A stretch of DNA of 64,000 nucleotides from an uncultured Myxococcales bacterium (GTDB lineage: Bacteria > Myxococcota > B64-G9), in NCBI GenBank assembly GCA_964633205.1, contig CAZWFN010000013.1:443-64442 (forward strand), read 5' to 3'. Of the stretch, positions 9,279-18,163 are shown piece by piece. Under the pieces are notes generated by a model, which saw only the letters and a program-made list of their open reading frames with translations, did no database searches and was not told where the DNA came from. Numbering within the stretch: position 1 is the stretch's first letter; each line of letters opens with the position of its first letter. The position numbers and the translations under genes were made by a program.

Positions 9279-10763
9279 ATGGGAGCTGCCAGCTGGTCGC
9301 TTGGGATCGTCGTCATGGCCTTGGTCGGCCAGACCGCCCCGGCCACCGCCCCGGCTGCATCCGGATCCGCCGGGGACGGCCGCGGGCTGCGGTTGGAGGA
9401 TTGCATCTACGCTGCGGTGGTCAACAACCTGGACCTGGAGCGGGCCCGGTTGGCCAGCCGCCGGGCGGCGCTGGCGACGGACGCCGAGCGCGCGTCGTTT
9501 TGGCCGGTGCTGTTTCTGGCCGGCAGCTATGCCGACGCCCGCACGGCCGGGGTGGACGACGCAGCCCGCAGCGCGACCGGGACGCTGGACACCGGGGTGG
9601 CCGTGCGCACCCCGATCGGCACCCGGCTGGAGGCCGCAGTCAGCAACGCCCGCCGCCACAGCGCTGTTCCGGACGCCGATCCCGATCCCGCGCACAGCGC
9701 CCGATTGGAGCTGCGCCTGGACCAGCCCCTGCTGGCCGGCTTCGGCGTGGCGGTCAACACCGTCGAACTGGCCGGCTCGCGCTGGCAGTCCACGGCGCTG
9801 CGCCACGAGCTGCGGGCCAGCCTCAACGCCCTGCTGCGCGATACGGCCCGCGCCTACTGGAACCTGGTGCTGGCCCAGCGTGAGGCCGCGCTCAAGGCCC
9901 GTTCGCTGGAGCGGGCCCGCAAGCAGTACCGGCAGACGGCCGAGAACATCCGCCGCGGGCTGCTGCCGGCCCACGACATCCACGTGGTCGAGGAGAGCAT
10001 GGTCAGCTTCGAGCGCAAGCACCTCGATGCCCGCGACGCGGTGGCCGCCGCCCGCAGCGCGTTGGGGCGGCAGCTGCAGCTGGCTCCCGCACGGGCGGAC
10101 CGGCTCGAGGCGGTCGACGCGCCGGCTTTGCAGCCCGAGCCGCTGGCGCCGGTGGAGGCCCAGCTGGCGGCGGCGCTGGCCGATCAGCCCAGCCTGGCTG
10201 CCCTGCGGGCCCGAGCGGCCGCCGCCCAGGTGCAGCTGGTCTACGCGCGCAACGCCCGCCTGCCGCGGCTCGACCTGGAGGCCAGCCTGGCGCTGAACGG
10301 GGTGGGCGCCAGCGCCAGCGCCGGGGTGGAGGAGTTGGCGGCCGGTGACGGTCACTCCGCCTACGTGGGGCTGCGGCTCGAGGTGCCCCTGTTCGATGTG
10401 CTCGACGACGCCCGGGTGGTGCGGGCGCGACTCGAGGTGCGACGCCGCTTGCTGGAGCTGGAGGCGGCCGAGCAGGAGCTGGTGCATACCATCTGCGATC
10501 TGCGACGCGAGATCCGGCATGGCCGCCGCTCCTACGCCCTGGCCCGGCGGGTGACCGCCCTGGCCCAGGCCAAGCTGGACGCCCAGCAGGAGAAGTACCG
10601 GGCCGGGGTGGCGGCGCTGAAGGATCTGGTGCAGTTCTTGCGCGAACTCGACGAGGCCGAGATCGAGCAAGTGCGCACCCTGGTGGCATTGCAACAGCGG
10701 CGGGCGGCGCTGCACGCGGCGGTGGGCGACCTGCATCGGCGCTGGGGGATCGATGTGGAGTGA
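9279..10763 (+). CDS. TolC-family outer-membrane efflux protein
   Basis: Signal peptide starting at M27 of the ORF. 'LEDCIYAAVVNNLDLERARL' and coiled-coil repeat halves typical of OEP/TolC. Confidence 0.75.
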   Translation: MGAASWSLGIVVMALVGQTAPATAPAASGSAGDGRGLRLEDCIYAAVVNNLDLERARLASRRAALATDAERASFWPVLFLAGSYADARTAGVDDAARSATGTLDTGVAVRTPIGTRLEAAVSNARRHSAVPDADPDPAHSARLELRLDQPLLAGFGVAVNTVELAGSRWQSTALRHELRASLNALLRDTARAYWNLVLAQREAALKARSLERARKQYRQTAENIRRGLLPAHDIHVVEESMVSFERKHLDARDAVAAARSALGRQLQLAPARADRLEAVDAPALQPEPLAPVEAQLAAALADQPSLAALRARAAAAQVQLVYARNARLPRLDLEASLALNGVGASASAGVEELAAGDGHSAYVGLRLEVPLFDVLDDARVVRARLEVRRRLLELEAAEQELVHTICDLRREIRHGRRSYALARRVTALAQAKLDAQQEKYRAGVAALKDLVQFLRELDEAEIEQVRTLVALQQRRAALHAAVGDLHRRWGIDVE

Positions 10764-10764
10764 T

Positions 10765-11742
10765 ATGAAACGTACCGCTGCCGCGGCCGCCTGGTCGCTG
10801 CTGCTGGCCGGGGCTCCGCCGCCGGCCGGCGCCGCCGATCCGCCGGCGCCGCTGGCCGGCTCGGAAGTCCGGCCACACTGGGCCCTGGGGCGGTTGCAGC
10901 CCGCCGGCGCGGTCCTGCTGCGGGCGCCGGTGCCCGCGGTCGACGGCGGGCCGCTGAGCATCGAGCAGCTGGTTGCCGATGGCACCGCGGTGGCGGCCGG
11001 CGACCCGATCGCCGTGTTCGGTCGGCCTGTAGACGAGCGGCAGCGGCGGGCTGAACGTGCCTTGCGCCGGGCCGAGAACGAGCGCGAACGCGAGCTGGGC
11101 CGGCTGCGCCGGCAGCTCGGGGCCTTGGAGTCCGATGCGGCCCTGGCGGAGCTGGAGGTGAGCAAGGCCGAGCTGGAAAAGAGCAAGACCGGGGTGCTGG
11201 CCCGCCGCGACGCCGAGCTGGTGGAGCTGGCCGCACGGCGGGCGGCCTTCGAGCTCGACGCCGTGCGCCGTCGGCTCGAAGCCCGGCGCGAGGTGCTGCG
11301 CGCCGCACAGGCCGAGTGGGACGTGCGGATCGAGCAGGCTCGGGGCCGCTGCGCGGCGATCGCCGCCGAGGCCGAATCCCTGCGGCTGCTCGCGCCCGCG
11401 GCCGGTCGCGTCTTCGCGGTGGCCGGTGACGATGGCCGCCCGATCGCGGCCGGCCAACGCCTGGAGCCGGGAGCGCCGGTGGCTGTATTGGCGACCCGGT
11501 CAGGCTTGGTGGTCGAGTTCGAGCTGCCCGAGACCGCGTGGGCCGCGATGCGCGTCGGCCGGGCGCTGACCCTGCTGTCGCTCGACGGCCGCCGTGAGAC
11601 CTTCGTCCGCGTCGAGTCGCTGGGCCCGTTCTCGAGGCGCGGCTCGGGCAGGGCCGAGGCCGCGGTTTTTCGGGTGCGGGCCGAGCTGCCCGTCGAGCAG
11701 ACCGGCTTTCGCCCGGGTCAGCTGGTGCGGGTGGGGCCATGA
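10765..11742 (+). CDS. HlyD-family periplasmic adaptor (membrane fusion protein)
   Basis: Signal peptide, lipoyl-like 'GTAVAAGDPIAVF', a long coiled coil, and a second hairpin half 'LLAPAAGRVF'. Confidence 0.65.
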   Translation: MKRTAAAAAWSLLLAGAPPPAGAADPPAPLAGSEVRPHWALGRLQPAGAVLLRAPVPAVDGGPLSIEQLVADGTAVAAGDPIAVFGRPVDERQRRAERALRRAENERERELGRLRRQLGALESDAALAELEVSKAELEKSKTGVLARRDAELVELAARRAAFELDAVRRRLEARREVLRAAQAEWDVRIEQARGRCAAIAAEAESLRLLAPAAGRVFAVAGDDGRPIAAGQRLEPGAPVAVLATRSGLVVEFELPETAWAAMRVGRALTLLSLDGRRETFVRVESLGPFSRRGSGRAEAAVFRVRAELPVEQTGFRPGQLVRVGP

Positions 11743-13070
11743 GACCGGCTCCAGCCATGGTCGCCGCCGTGCTGCTGGCCGCGATGGCGCCGGAGCGGGC
11801 CGCGGCCGGGACACCGGATCGGTCCGACGCCGAGCCGGGCGTGGCGCCCCAGGCGGTGGTCCACCGGGGCCGGCTGGCCGGCGAGCTGCGCATCGCCGGC
11901 CGCGTCGTGTCCCGGCGGGTCGAGGTGTTGACGGCGCCGGCGCTGGCCGATTTGTCCCGGCTGGTGGTGGAGCAGCTGGCGGCTGCCGGGGCCGCGGTCG
12001 AGCGCGGCCAGGTGGTGGTGCGGCTGCGGCCGGTGGGCTGGCCCCGCCGGCTGGAGCGAGCCGACGAGCGGGTGCTGCTGGCCCGGGCCGGGGCGGCTCG
12101 GCGCCAGGCCGAGCTGGACGCCGAGGCGGTCGAACGCGAGGTCGCGGTGAGCCGGGCCGAGCTGGCGCTCGAACGCGCCGAGCTGTTGACCGTCGAAGGC
12201 GTCGGCTTGACCCCGCGGCTGCAGGCCGAGCGGCAGCGGCTCGACCGGCGGGCGGCGGCGCTGCGGCTGGAGCAGGCCCGGCGGGCTGCGGCCGATTTCG
12301 AACGCCGGCGCGCGGCCGAGCTGGAGCGGGCCCGGGCGGCGGTCACCGAGGCCGAGCAGGGACGGGAACGCTTGCGGGCGCTCGCCGAGCGGCTGCTGTT
12401 GCGGGCACCCTTGGCCGGTCGGTTCGAATGGGCGCGCGGGATGGGGGTGGGCGCGCCGGTGCGTTGCGGCGACCGCCTGGCCGTGGTGCGCTCGGCCGAA
12501 GTGGTGATCCGGGCCCGGCTGCGGCCGGATCCGGCCGCGGCCTTTGCTCCGGCGCCGGACGGCCTGGCGCGGTTGCCGGCGCTGGGCGCGGACTGGATTC
12601 CGGTCGGGCTGGAGGCGATCGAGCCGCGGTGTGCCGCCGGGCCGGGACCCGAATGTCGCCTGCGACTGACCGCGGTTCCGCGGCCCGATGATGCGGGGCG
12701 GCTGCGGGCCGGCATGGCTGCCGAGTTGCGGCTGCGCTCGGAGCGGGCCGAGCCGGCACTGGTGCTCGACCGGCGGGCGGTGGTTCAACGCGCCGGCCGG
12801 TCGATGGTATGGTGTCTGGAGGCGCCCGCCGGTTGGCGGGCGATCAGTATCGGCCGCACCAGCCCCGAGCTGGTCGAGGTGGCCGCCGGTTTGCAGGAGG
12901 GTTGGCGGGTCAGCCTGGAGCCCCTGCGGGCGGCGGCTGCCGCGGAGCGAGATGATGCGCGCGAGATGGACGATCGAGCTGAGCCTGGGACTGGTGGCGC
13001 TGGCGCTGCTGAGCGGTCCGGCGGCGAAGGCGGTGCCGCCGGACGTGACGGTTCGCCTGGCCCCCGGTGA
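11739..13070 (+). CDS. second HlyD-family periplasmic adaptor
   Basis: ATGA overlap with the previous gene. Coiled-coil core and 'LLRAPLAGRFE'. The last ~119 nt overlap the next gene and have low GC3, so the C-terminal tail is dubious. Confidence 0.6.
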   Translation: MRPAPAMVAAVLLAAMAPERAAAGTPDRSDAEPGVAPQAVVHRGRLAGELRIAGRVVSRRVEVLTAPALADLSRLVVEQLAAAGAAVERGQVVVRLRPVGWPRRLERADERVLLARAGAARRQAELDAEAVEREVAVSRAELALERAELLTVEGVGLTPRLQAERQRLDRRAAALRLEQARRAAADFERRRAAELERARAAVTEAEQGRERLRALAERLLLRAPLAGRFEWARGMGVGAPVRCGDRLAVVRSAEVVIRARLRPDPAAAFAPAPDGLARLPALGADWIPVGLEAIEPRCAAGPGPECRLRLTAVPRPDDAGRLRAGMAAELRLRSERAEPALVLDRRAVVQRAGRSMVWCLEAPAGWRAISIGRTSPELVEVAAGLQEGWRVSLEPLRAAAAAERDDAREMDDRAEPGTGGAGAAERSGGEGGAAGRDGSPGPR

Positions 13071-13656
13071 GGCCCGCTTCATTCCGGGCCCCAAGGGCGA
13101 CTGGCAGGCCCACAGCCTGGATGCGCAGGTGGTCACCGCCCGCGCCTTCGATACCGCCGAGGTCCATCTCCACGCCCGGGCCGCGGGCGAGACCCTGGTG
13201 TTGCTGACCAACCATGCCATCCAGGCGGTGGTGTTCATCCGGGTCCGAGTGGGCCAGGACGAGGAGTTGGCGGCCGAGCCGCCCCCCGCGAAGCTCCGTC
13301 AACAGTGCGGCTGTCGGGTCGCCGACGACCGGCTGCACTGCGCCTTGGTCGAGGGTGACTGCGTTGCGGCCGTGCGCGACTGGCTGGCCGATACCGGCTG
13401 GAGCTCGGGCCGGTTGCGCTTGAAGTACGGCGTGGCGGGATTGCAACGGCTGTTGCGCGACATGCGCCAACGGCTGGAGGCGGCCGGGCTGGACGGCGTC
13501 GAGCTGGCTTTCTCCGGGGCCAACCTGCGGCTGCGGGGCAGCCTGCCGGACCGCGCCCGCTGGCGCGCGCTGCTGGTCGAGATCTACCGGGTCATGGTGG
13601 GGCGCATCCTGCTCGAGGACGAGACCCGCATCGGCGCGCCTGAATCGACGCCTTGA
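12952..13656 (+). CDS. secreted protein with a pilus-assembly/secretin N-terminal-like beta domain and no secretin channel domain
   Basis: Signal peptide 'MMRARWTIELSLGLVALALLSGPAAKA'. 'VTVRLAPGEARFI...ETLVLLTNHAIQAVVFIRV' resembles the T2SS/T3SS pilus N domain. GC3 is high in this frame from 12952. Confidence 0.45.
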   Translation: MMRARWTIELSLGLVALALLSGPAAKAVPPDVTVRLAPGEARFIPGPKGDWQAHSLDAQVVTARAFDTAEVHLHARAAGETLVLLTNHAIQAVVFIRVRVGQDEELAAEPPPAKLRQQCGCRVADDRLHCALVEGDCVAAVRDWLADTGWSSGRLRLKYGVAGLQRLLRDMRQRLEAAGLDGVELAFSGANLRLRGSLPDRARWRALLVEIYRVMVGRILLEDETRIGAPESTP

Positions 13657-13662
13657 GGCAAC

Positions 13663-14067
13663 TCAGCCGCTGCGTTCGGCCAGCCAGTCGCGCAGCCGGG
13701 CCTGGCCGTCGGCGGCGAAGAACAAGAACTGGCCACCGTGGCGGCTGCCCTTGGGCGATTCGTCGCGCCAGACCACCCGGCAACGGACCTGGATCGGTTC
13801 CTGGTGGTCGTCATTTTCCAGGAACAACCAGACGGTGACCTCGCGGCCCGGGTCGAGGCAGTCCGGGATCTCGAAGCACAGGCCGGCCTGCGACAGGTTG
13901 TGGGTCCAGGCCTGGAAGGAGCGGCCGGCCTGGATGTCGACCTTGAGCCGGACCTTGTGGCGGATGAAGCGCCGGTGGTAGGGGTAACGATCGATCGCCT
14001 CGGCTGCCTCGGATTGCGACGAACCGTTCGAGCTGCCGGTCGGACCATCGGCTGTCGATTCGGCCAT
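13663..14067 (-). CDS. PilZ-domain (c-di-GMP-binding) protein
   Basis: RxxxR motif 'HRRFIRHK' and D/NxSxxG motif 'NLSQAGL'. Start at ATG 14067. Confidence 0.8.
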   Translation of the reverse strand: MAESTADGPTGSSNGSSQSEAAEAIDRYPYHRRFIRHKVRLKVDIQAGRSFQAWTHNLSQAGLCFEIPDCLDPGREVTVWLFLENDDHQEPIQVRCRVVWRDESPKGSRHGGQFLFFAADGQARLRDWLAERSG

Positions 14068-14082
14068 GCTACCCCCTTTCGA

Positions 14083-14098
14083 TGCGCACCGGGTGCCA
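14083..14098 (-). promoter_or_regulatory. sigma54-type promoter TGGCAC-N5-GCGCA upstream of pilZ
   Basis: The minus strand reads TGGCACCCGGTGCGCA with GG-N10-GC spacing. It lies about 16 nt upstream of ATG 14067. Confidence 0.35.
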
Positions 14099-14127
14099 CC
14101 CGAATTGCACACCGGGTCGCACTCCGA

Positions 14128-14165
14128 ATCGCACCCAGTGCGATGTTAGCATACATCGTGCGATG
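14128..14165. promoter_or_regulatory. inverted/direct repeats of GTGCGAT; candidate activator sites upstream of the sigma54 promoter
   Basis: ATCGCAC-cca-GTGCGAT at 14128..14144, and CATCGTGCGATG at 14154..14165. Confidence 0.3.
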
Positions 14166-14219
14166 AGGACAAGCCGCCGCCTGCGCTCAGAATTTACCAG
14201 CACTTTGGAGCTGGTTCCG

Positions 14220-15641
14220 TCAGGGTCGGTGGGCGATGTCATACAGCCCGTAGAAATCCAACCGGGCCACGGACCAGGTCTGACCGTTGTCGGTCGACAG
14301 CAGGTGATCGCCGCCGTTGCCGGCTGCCGACCAACGGCCCTGGCCATCGGTGGCCAATGCGCCCAGGGGCCTGGATTGCGAGACGAAGTCAGCGGGCAAG
14401 TCCGCCACCGTCCACGATGTGCCACCGTCGTCGGAACGCAGCATGATGGGAGGCTGGCCCCAACTCCGGGGCCCCTGCCCGACTGCGATGAAACGGCCCT
14501 GGCCCCAGGCCACATGCGACAGATGCTCGCTGCGGCCCATGTCGACCGAACTCCAGCTCTGGCCGTCATCGGTGGAGCGCACCACCGCCCCATCGTCGCC
14601 GACCGCGACCCAGAGTCCCTGCCCGTCGCCGGCGACGGCCCGCAATGGGCTGGGCGATGGTGTGTCGGCCACAGCGCTGAAAGCCGACGCCGGCGAGCCG
14701 TGGATGATGGTGCCGGCATCGCCCACGGCGATGAATCGATCGCCGTGGCAGGCGGCTCCGTGCAGGGCGGCAGCGGCCGGCGCCTGAACCGCGGAACAGC
14801 TCTGCGCCTGATCCGTCGAGGTGAACACTGCGCCCGCCTCGCCCACGGCCAGCCATTCGCCGGCGCAGACGGCCACGTCGTTCAAGGCCCCGGCCTGTTC
14901 GAGCGCGACCACCGACCAGGTGCCGTCCGGTTGGCTGTAGACCACGTGGCCACCGGCGCCCACGGCTGCGCATTCGCCCTGGGAGTCGCAGGCGATGCCG
15001 AACAGGTCTTCTTCCAGTCCGGTCTCGTCCGTGTCGTAGGCGTCATCCCAGGTGGAGCCGTCCGCCGAGTAGGGGATGGCGCCCTGCATGCCGGCCACCA
15101 GGAAATGGGGCTCGGGATCCTCCTCCGGCTCCGGGTTGAGATCGGGGAAACGTTCGGCGGCGCAGCTGGCGTCATCCAGGCTGATGGTGCCGTCGATGTC
15201 GGTCGGTGGGCCGGCGAAACCGCCTTCTTCCGGATCCCAGGGCAACCTGAGGCGGAGGTCCATCTCGATCCAGCCGGTGGTGCCGCCCGCGATCTCCAGA
15301 TCGCCCACCACCGTCAAATCGGCCTTGTACCCCTGAATGGCGTTTTCCAGATCCAGTTGGCCGGAGTAAACGGCGCCGGACTTCTCACCCTGGTAGCCGT
15401 CGAATGCCAGGCTGGCGCGCATCGCCTCTTCGTCCAGATCGGCGGTCACGCCGGCACTTGTGACCGCCCCGTTTTGCAGCAGCTCGATCATGGGTTGCAG
15501 GGAATCCGAGACTTCGTCCAGTTGCTAGTGGCTCAGCTCGGCGCAGCGTGGGTCCTCGACTGGGACGCCATCTCCACCGCAGGCCGCCACAACCAGCACC
15601 AGCAGTCCAACGGGGAGGTTCGGAAGTGTTCGGTCAGCCAT
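14220..15641 (-). pseudogene. BNR/Asp-box repeat lipoprotein interrupted by one in-frame TAG (15525..15527)
   Basis: Lipoprotein signal 'MADRTLPNLPVGLLVLVVAAC' (ATG 15641, GGAGG 5 nt upstream) is in the same frame as the 423-aa body carrying 'STDDGQSWS', 'SDDGGTSWT' and 'STDNGQTWS'. The two parts are separated only by TAG. Confidence 0.6.
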
Positions 15642-15851
15642 GTCTGCCTCCATTTTGGCGTATGGCCCAGCCCACTGGGCGCTGTGGCCGTCGTTCGGTC
15701 CACCCCCGCATGGGGTCATTCCTAACGCCGAGAAGATCGTCTGTCGAGAGCAGAATCTGGCTTTTTGGAGACCGCTTTCCGGCGTGCCCTGTCTTGTGTC
15801 GCGCATTCTGGAGAGCTAGACTGGGCCGGAATCGAGATCGGAGGCAGGGAC

Positions 15852-17192
15852 ATGTGGCGTGCGCTGATGGCGATCGGCATCTGGCTGGGGGCGCTGACCG
15901 GCGCGGAGGCGCAGCCGGCGGCGGAGGGAGGGCCGCCGCGGCTGGCGGTGCTGCTGGTCGGTGAAGCGGATCGGGCGAAGGCCGCTGCGGTCAGCGAACG
16001 CGACGTCATCGACCAGGCGTATCAACACTCCGGTGAGAAGCTGGCCTGGCGGCTGGTGGCCTACTCGCGGGCCGAGCCGGATCGATCGGCCCAGCGGGTG
16101 CTGGCCGAGCTGGATCAGGCCGTGGAAGCCGGCAAGAAGGCCTACCGCTACATGAAGCTGGACGAGGCCGAGCGGATCTTCGAAAACGCCGCCGCCGCGC
16201 TGTGCCAGAACCCGGTTGTCGGCTGCAGGCCGGAGAAGATGGCCGAGATGATGCTCTACTGGGCCCGGGCCGTGCTCGACAGCGGCGAAGAGCTCGGGGC
16301 CCAGGTGCTGCTGGGCCAGTTGGTGCGCTTCGATCCCGATGCCGCTCCCGATCCGGCCGTGATGCCGCCGAACCTGGTGGCCACTTTCGATCTGGCGCTC
16401 GACGAGCGCCGCGGCCGCGAGCGCGCCAAGGTCCTGCTGCAGTCGGGGCCGGCGGCCGCCAGCCTGTATGCCGATTGCCGCCGGCTGCGCGGCGGGGTGG
16501 TGGAGTTCAGTGGCGTGGCCGGCGACCCGCTGCTGTTGGCGGTCGCTTGCCGCGAGCGGATGGTCTTCGGCCAGAGCCTGAGCCTGGTCGGCGGACCGCG
16601 CCGCTGGATCGATGTCTACTGTGGTCGGCCGGGGCAGCGGCGCGAGCTGGAGCAGCAGCTGGCGGCCTGGGGCCGCGCCGGCGGCGAGCTGGCCGCCTTG
16701 GCCGGCCGTCCGTCGGCCGCGCTGGACGCTGCGGCCGACGCGTTGGGCGTGCGGCTGCTGCTGCTGGCCGCGCCGGGCGCCGGCGCCGGCGATGCGCTGC
16801 GGCTGGGCCTCTATGTTCGATCGAGCGGGTTGGCCGGCGCACCGCTGGCGGTGGCTGCGACCGCTTCGGGTCGGCCCGAACCGGACGCCCTGGCCGCCGC
16901 CGTGGAGGAGCTGGCCGCGCGGGTGCGCTCGCCCAGCGTGCTGGCCGCGCTGGAGCCGGCGCCGGCCGCCGAGCCGAAGGTGGCCGTGGTCGAGTCGGCG
17001 GCCAACGCCGACGGGACCGACGGCGCGGCCGGCGCCGTCGAGCCGGGCCCGGCCTGGTGGGAGAGCTGGTGGTTCTGGACGGCGGCCGGAGCGGTGGTGG
17101 CCGGCGGGGTGGCCACCGGTCTGGCGCTGGGCCTGGATGCGGGCGGTAGCCAGCCCTCGGGCCGGGTGGTGCTGACCATCGCGCCGCCCTGA
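15852..17192 (+). CDS. hypothetical secreted protein with a C-terminal TM anchor
   Basis: GGAGG 6 nt upstream of ATG 15852. Signal peptide 'MWRALMAIGIWLGALTGAEA'. C-terminal 'WWFWTAAGAVVAGGVATGLALGL'. No motif recognised. Confidence 0.55.
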   Translation: MWRALMAIGIWLGALTGAEAQPAAEGGPPRLAVLLVGEADRAKAAAVSERDVIDQAYQHSGEKLAWRLVAYSRAEPDRSAQRVLAELDQAVEAGKKAYRYMKLDEAERIFENAAAALCQNPVVGCRPEKMAEMMLYWARAVLDSGEELGAQVLLGQLVRFDPDAAPDPAVMPPNLVATFDLALDERRGRERAKVLLQSGPAAASLYADCRRLRGGVVEFSGVAGDPLLLAVACRERMVFGQSLSLVGGPRRWIDVYCGRPGQRRELEQQLAAWGRAGGELAALAGRPSAALDAAADALGVRLLLLAAPGAGAGDALRLGLYVRSSGLAGAPLAVAATASGRPEPDALAAAVEELAARVRSPSVLAALEPAPAAEPKVAVVESAANADGTDGAAGAVEPGPAWWESWWFWTAAGAVVAGGVATGLALGLDAGGSQPSGRVVLTIAPP

Positions 17193-17229
17193 TGGGGGAG
17201 TCCACCTGTGCTCGACCGACACGTGGGGG

Positions 17230-17268
17230 GATGAATCGGTATTCTTCGAATACCGTCATCCGTGTTTT
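17230..17268. terminator. hairpin plus T-tract between convergent genes
   Basis: GATGA(at)CGGTATTC-ttc-GAATACCGTCATC followed by gtgTTTT. Conspicuously AT-rich for this genome. Confidence 0.5.
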
Positions 17269-18158
17269 CAACCGGCAGGCGGTTGCCGCAGCGCTTGGGA
17301 GCTGAGCGGCGCCGGCCGGACGTCGGGGGTGGAACCCTCCGCGCCGCCGGTGATCGGCGCATCGCTGTCCGGGAACGTCGGCGGCGGCCGCTGGGCGACG
17401 GTCGGGGCCGCCTGGCGGTCGCGGGCTCGTTCCACCGCGGCCGCGGTGTGGCGGGCGGTGCGGCGCAGCCGGATCACGCCGCGCAGCTTTTCGGCCACGG
17501 TCGATGCGATGCGCACCCGCGAGTCGGTGTCCTCGACCCAATCGACCGGCACCTCGACGATGGGGTGACCGGCATACTCGGCCAGCACCAGCAACTCGGT
17601 GTCGAAGAACCAGTTGTCGTCTCGCACCCGATCGATCAGCGGTTGCAAGCGGACGCGGCGCCAGGCCTTGAGGCCGCACTGGGCGTCGCGAAAGCCCACC
17701 CCCAGCGCGGCGCGCAGCAGCAGGTTGTACCCGCGCGAGAGCACCTCGCGCCAAACCCGGCGCCGCACCCGGGCCCGAGGGTGCAGCCGACTGCCCACGG
17801 CCAGGTCGGCGCCGCCGTCCAGCGCCGCCAGCAGCTGGGGAATGGCTTCCAGCTCGGCCGACAGGTCGACGTCCGCATACAGCACGTAGTCGGCCCCGTC
17901 CAGCGCGGCCGCCGCCCGCAGCGCGCCGCCGCGGCCGGCCACGGTCCGGTGCAGCACGTCGATGTGCGGATCCGCGGCGGCCAACCCATCGGCCAGCCCG
18001 GCGGTGCCGTCGCGCGAGCCGTTCTCGGCGATCAGCACCCGCCAGCGGTAGCCCATCAGCCGCCGCTGGCAGAAATCCAGCAGGCGCTCGATCGATCGGG
18101 CCAGGGTTCTGCTCTCATCGAAGGCCGGAAGCACGATGCGCACCCGGGGGGGCGCCAC
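17268..18158 (-). CDS. family-2 glycosyltransferase (polyprenol-phosphate glycosyltransferase-like)
   Basis: 'RIVLPAFDESR', 'IAENGSRDGT', 'YADVDLS' (DxD) and 'DAQCGLKA'. Start set at GTG 18158, just after the upstream stop. The ORF-track ATG 18326 would overlap by 160 nt. Confidence 0.8.
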   Translation of the reverse strand: MAPPRVRIVLPAFDESRTLARSIERLLDFCQRRLMGYRWRVLIAENGSRDGTAGLADGLAAADPHIDVLHRTVAGRGGALRAAAALDGADYVLYADVDLSAELEAIPQLLAALDGGADLAVGSRLHPRARVRRRVWREVLSRGYNLLLRAALGVGFRDAQCGLKAWRRVRLQPLIDRVRDDNWFFDTELLVLAEYAGHPIVEVPVDWVEDTDSRVRIASTVAEKLRGVIRLRRTARHTAAAVERARDRQAAPTVAQRPPPTFPDSDAPITGGAEGSTPDVRPAPLSSQALRQPPAG

Positions 18159-18163
18159 GGGGT

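Noticed and set aside
8166-12715. Very long minus-strand ORFs (8166..11186, 1006 aa; 10532..12715, 727 aa) antisense to the carboxyltransferase, TolC and adaptor genes.
   Set aside because: Their translations are Arg/Pro/Ala/Gly low-complexity sequence with no motif. The plus-strand frames carry recognisable domains, signal peptides and high GC3. These are typical GC-driven shadow ORFs.
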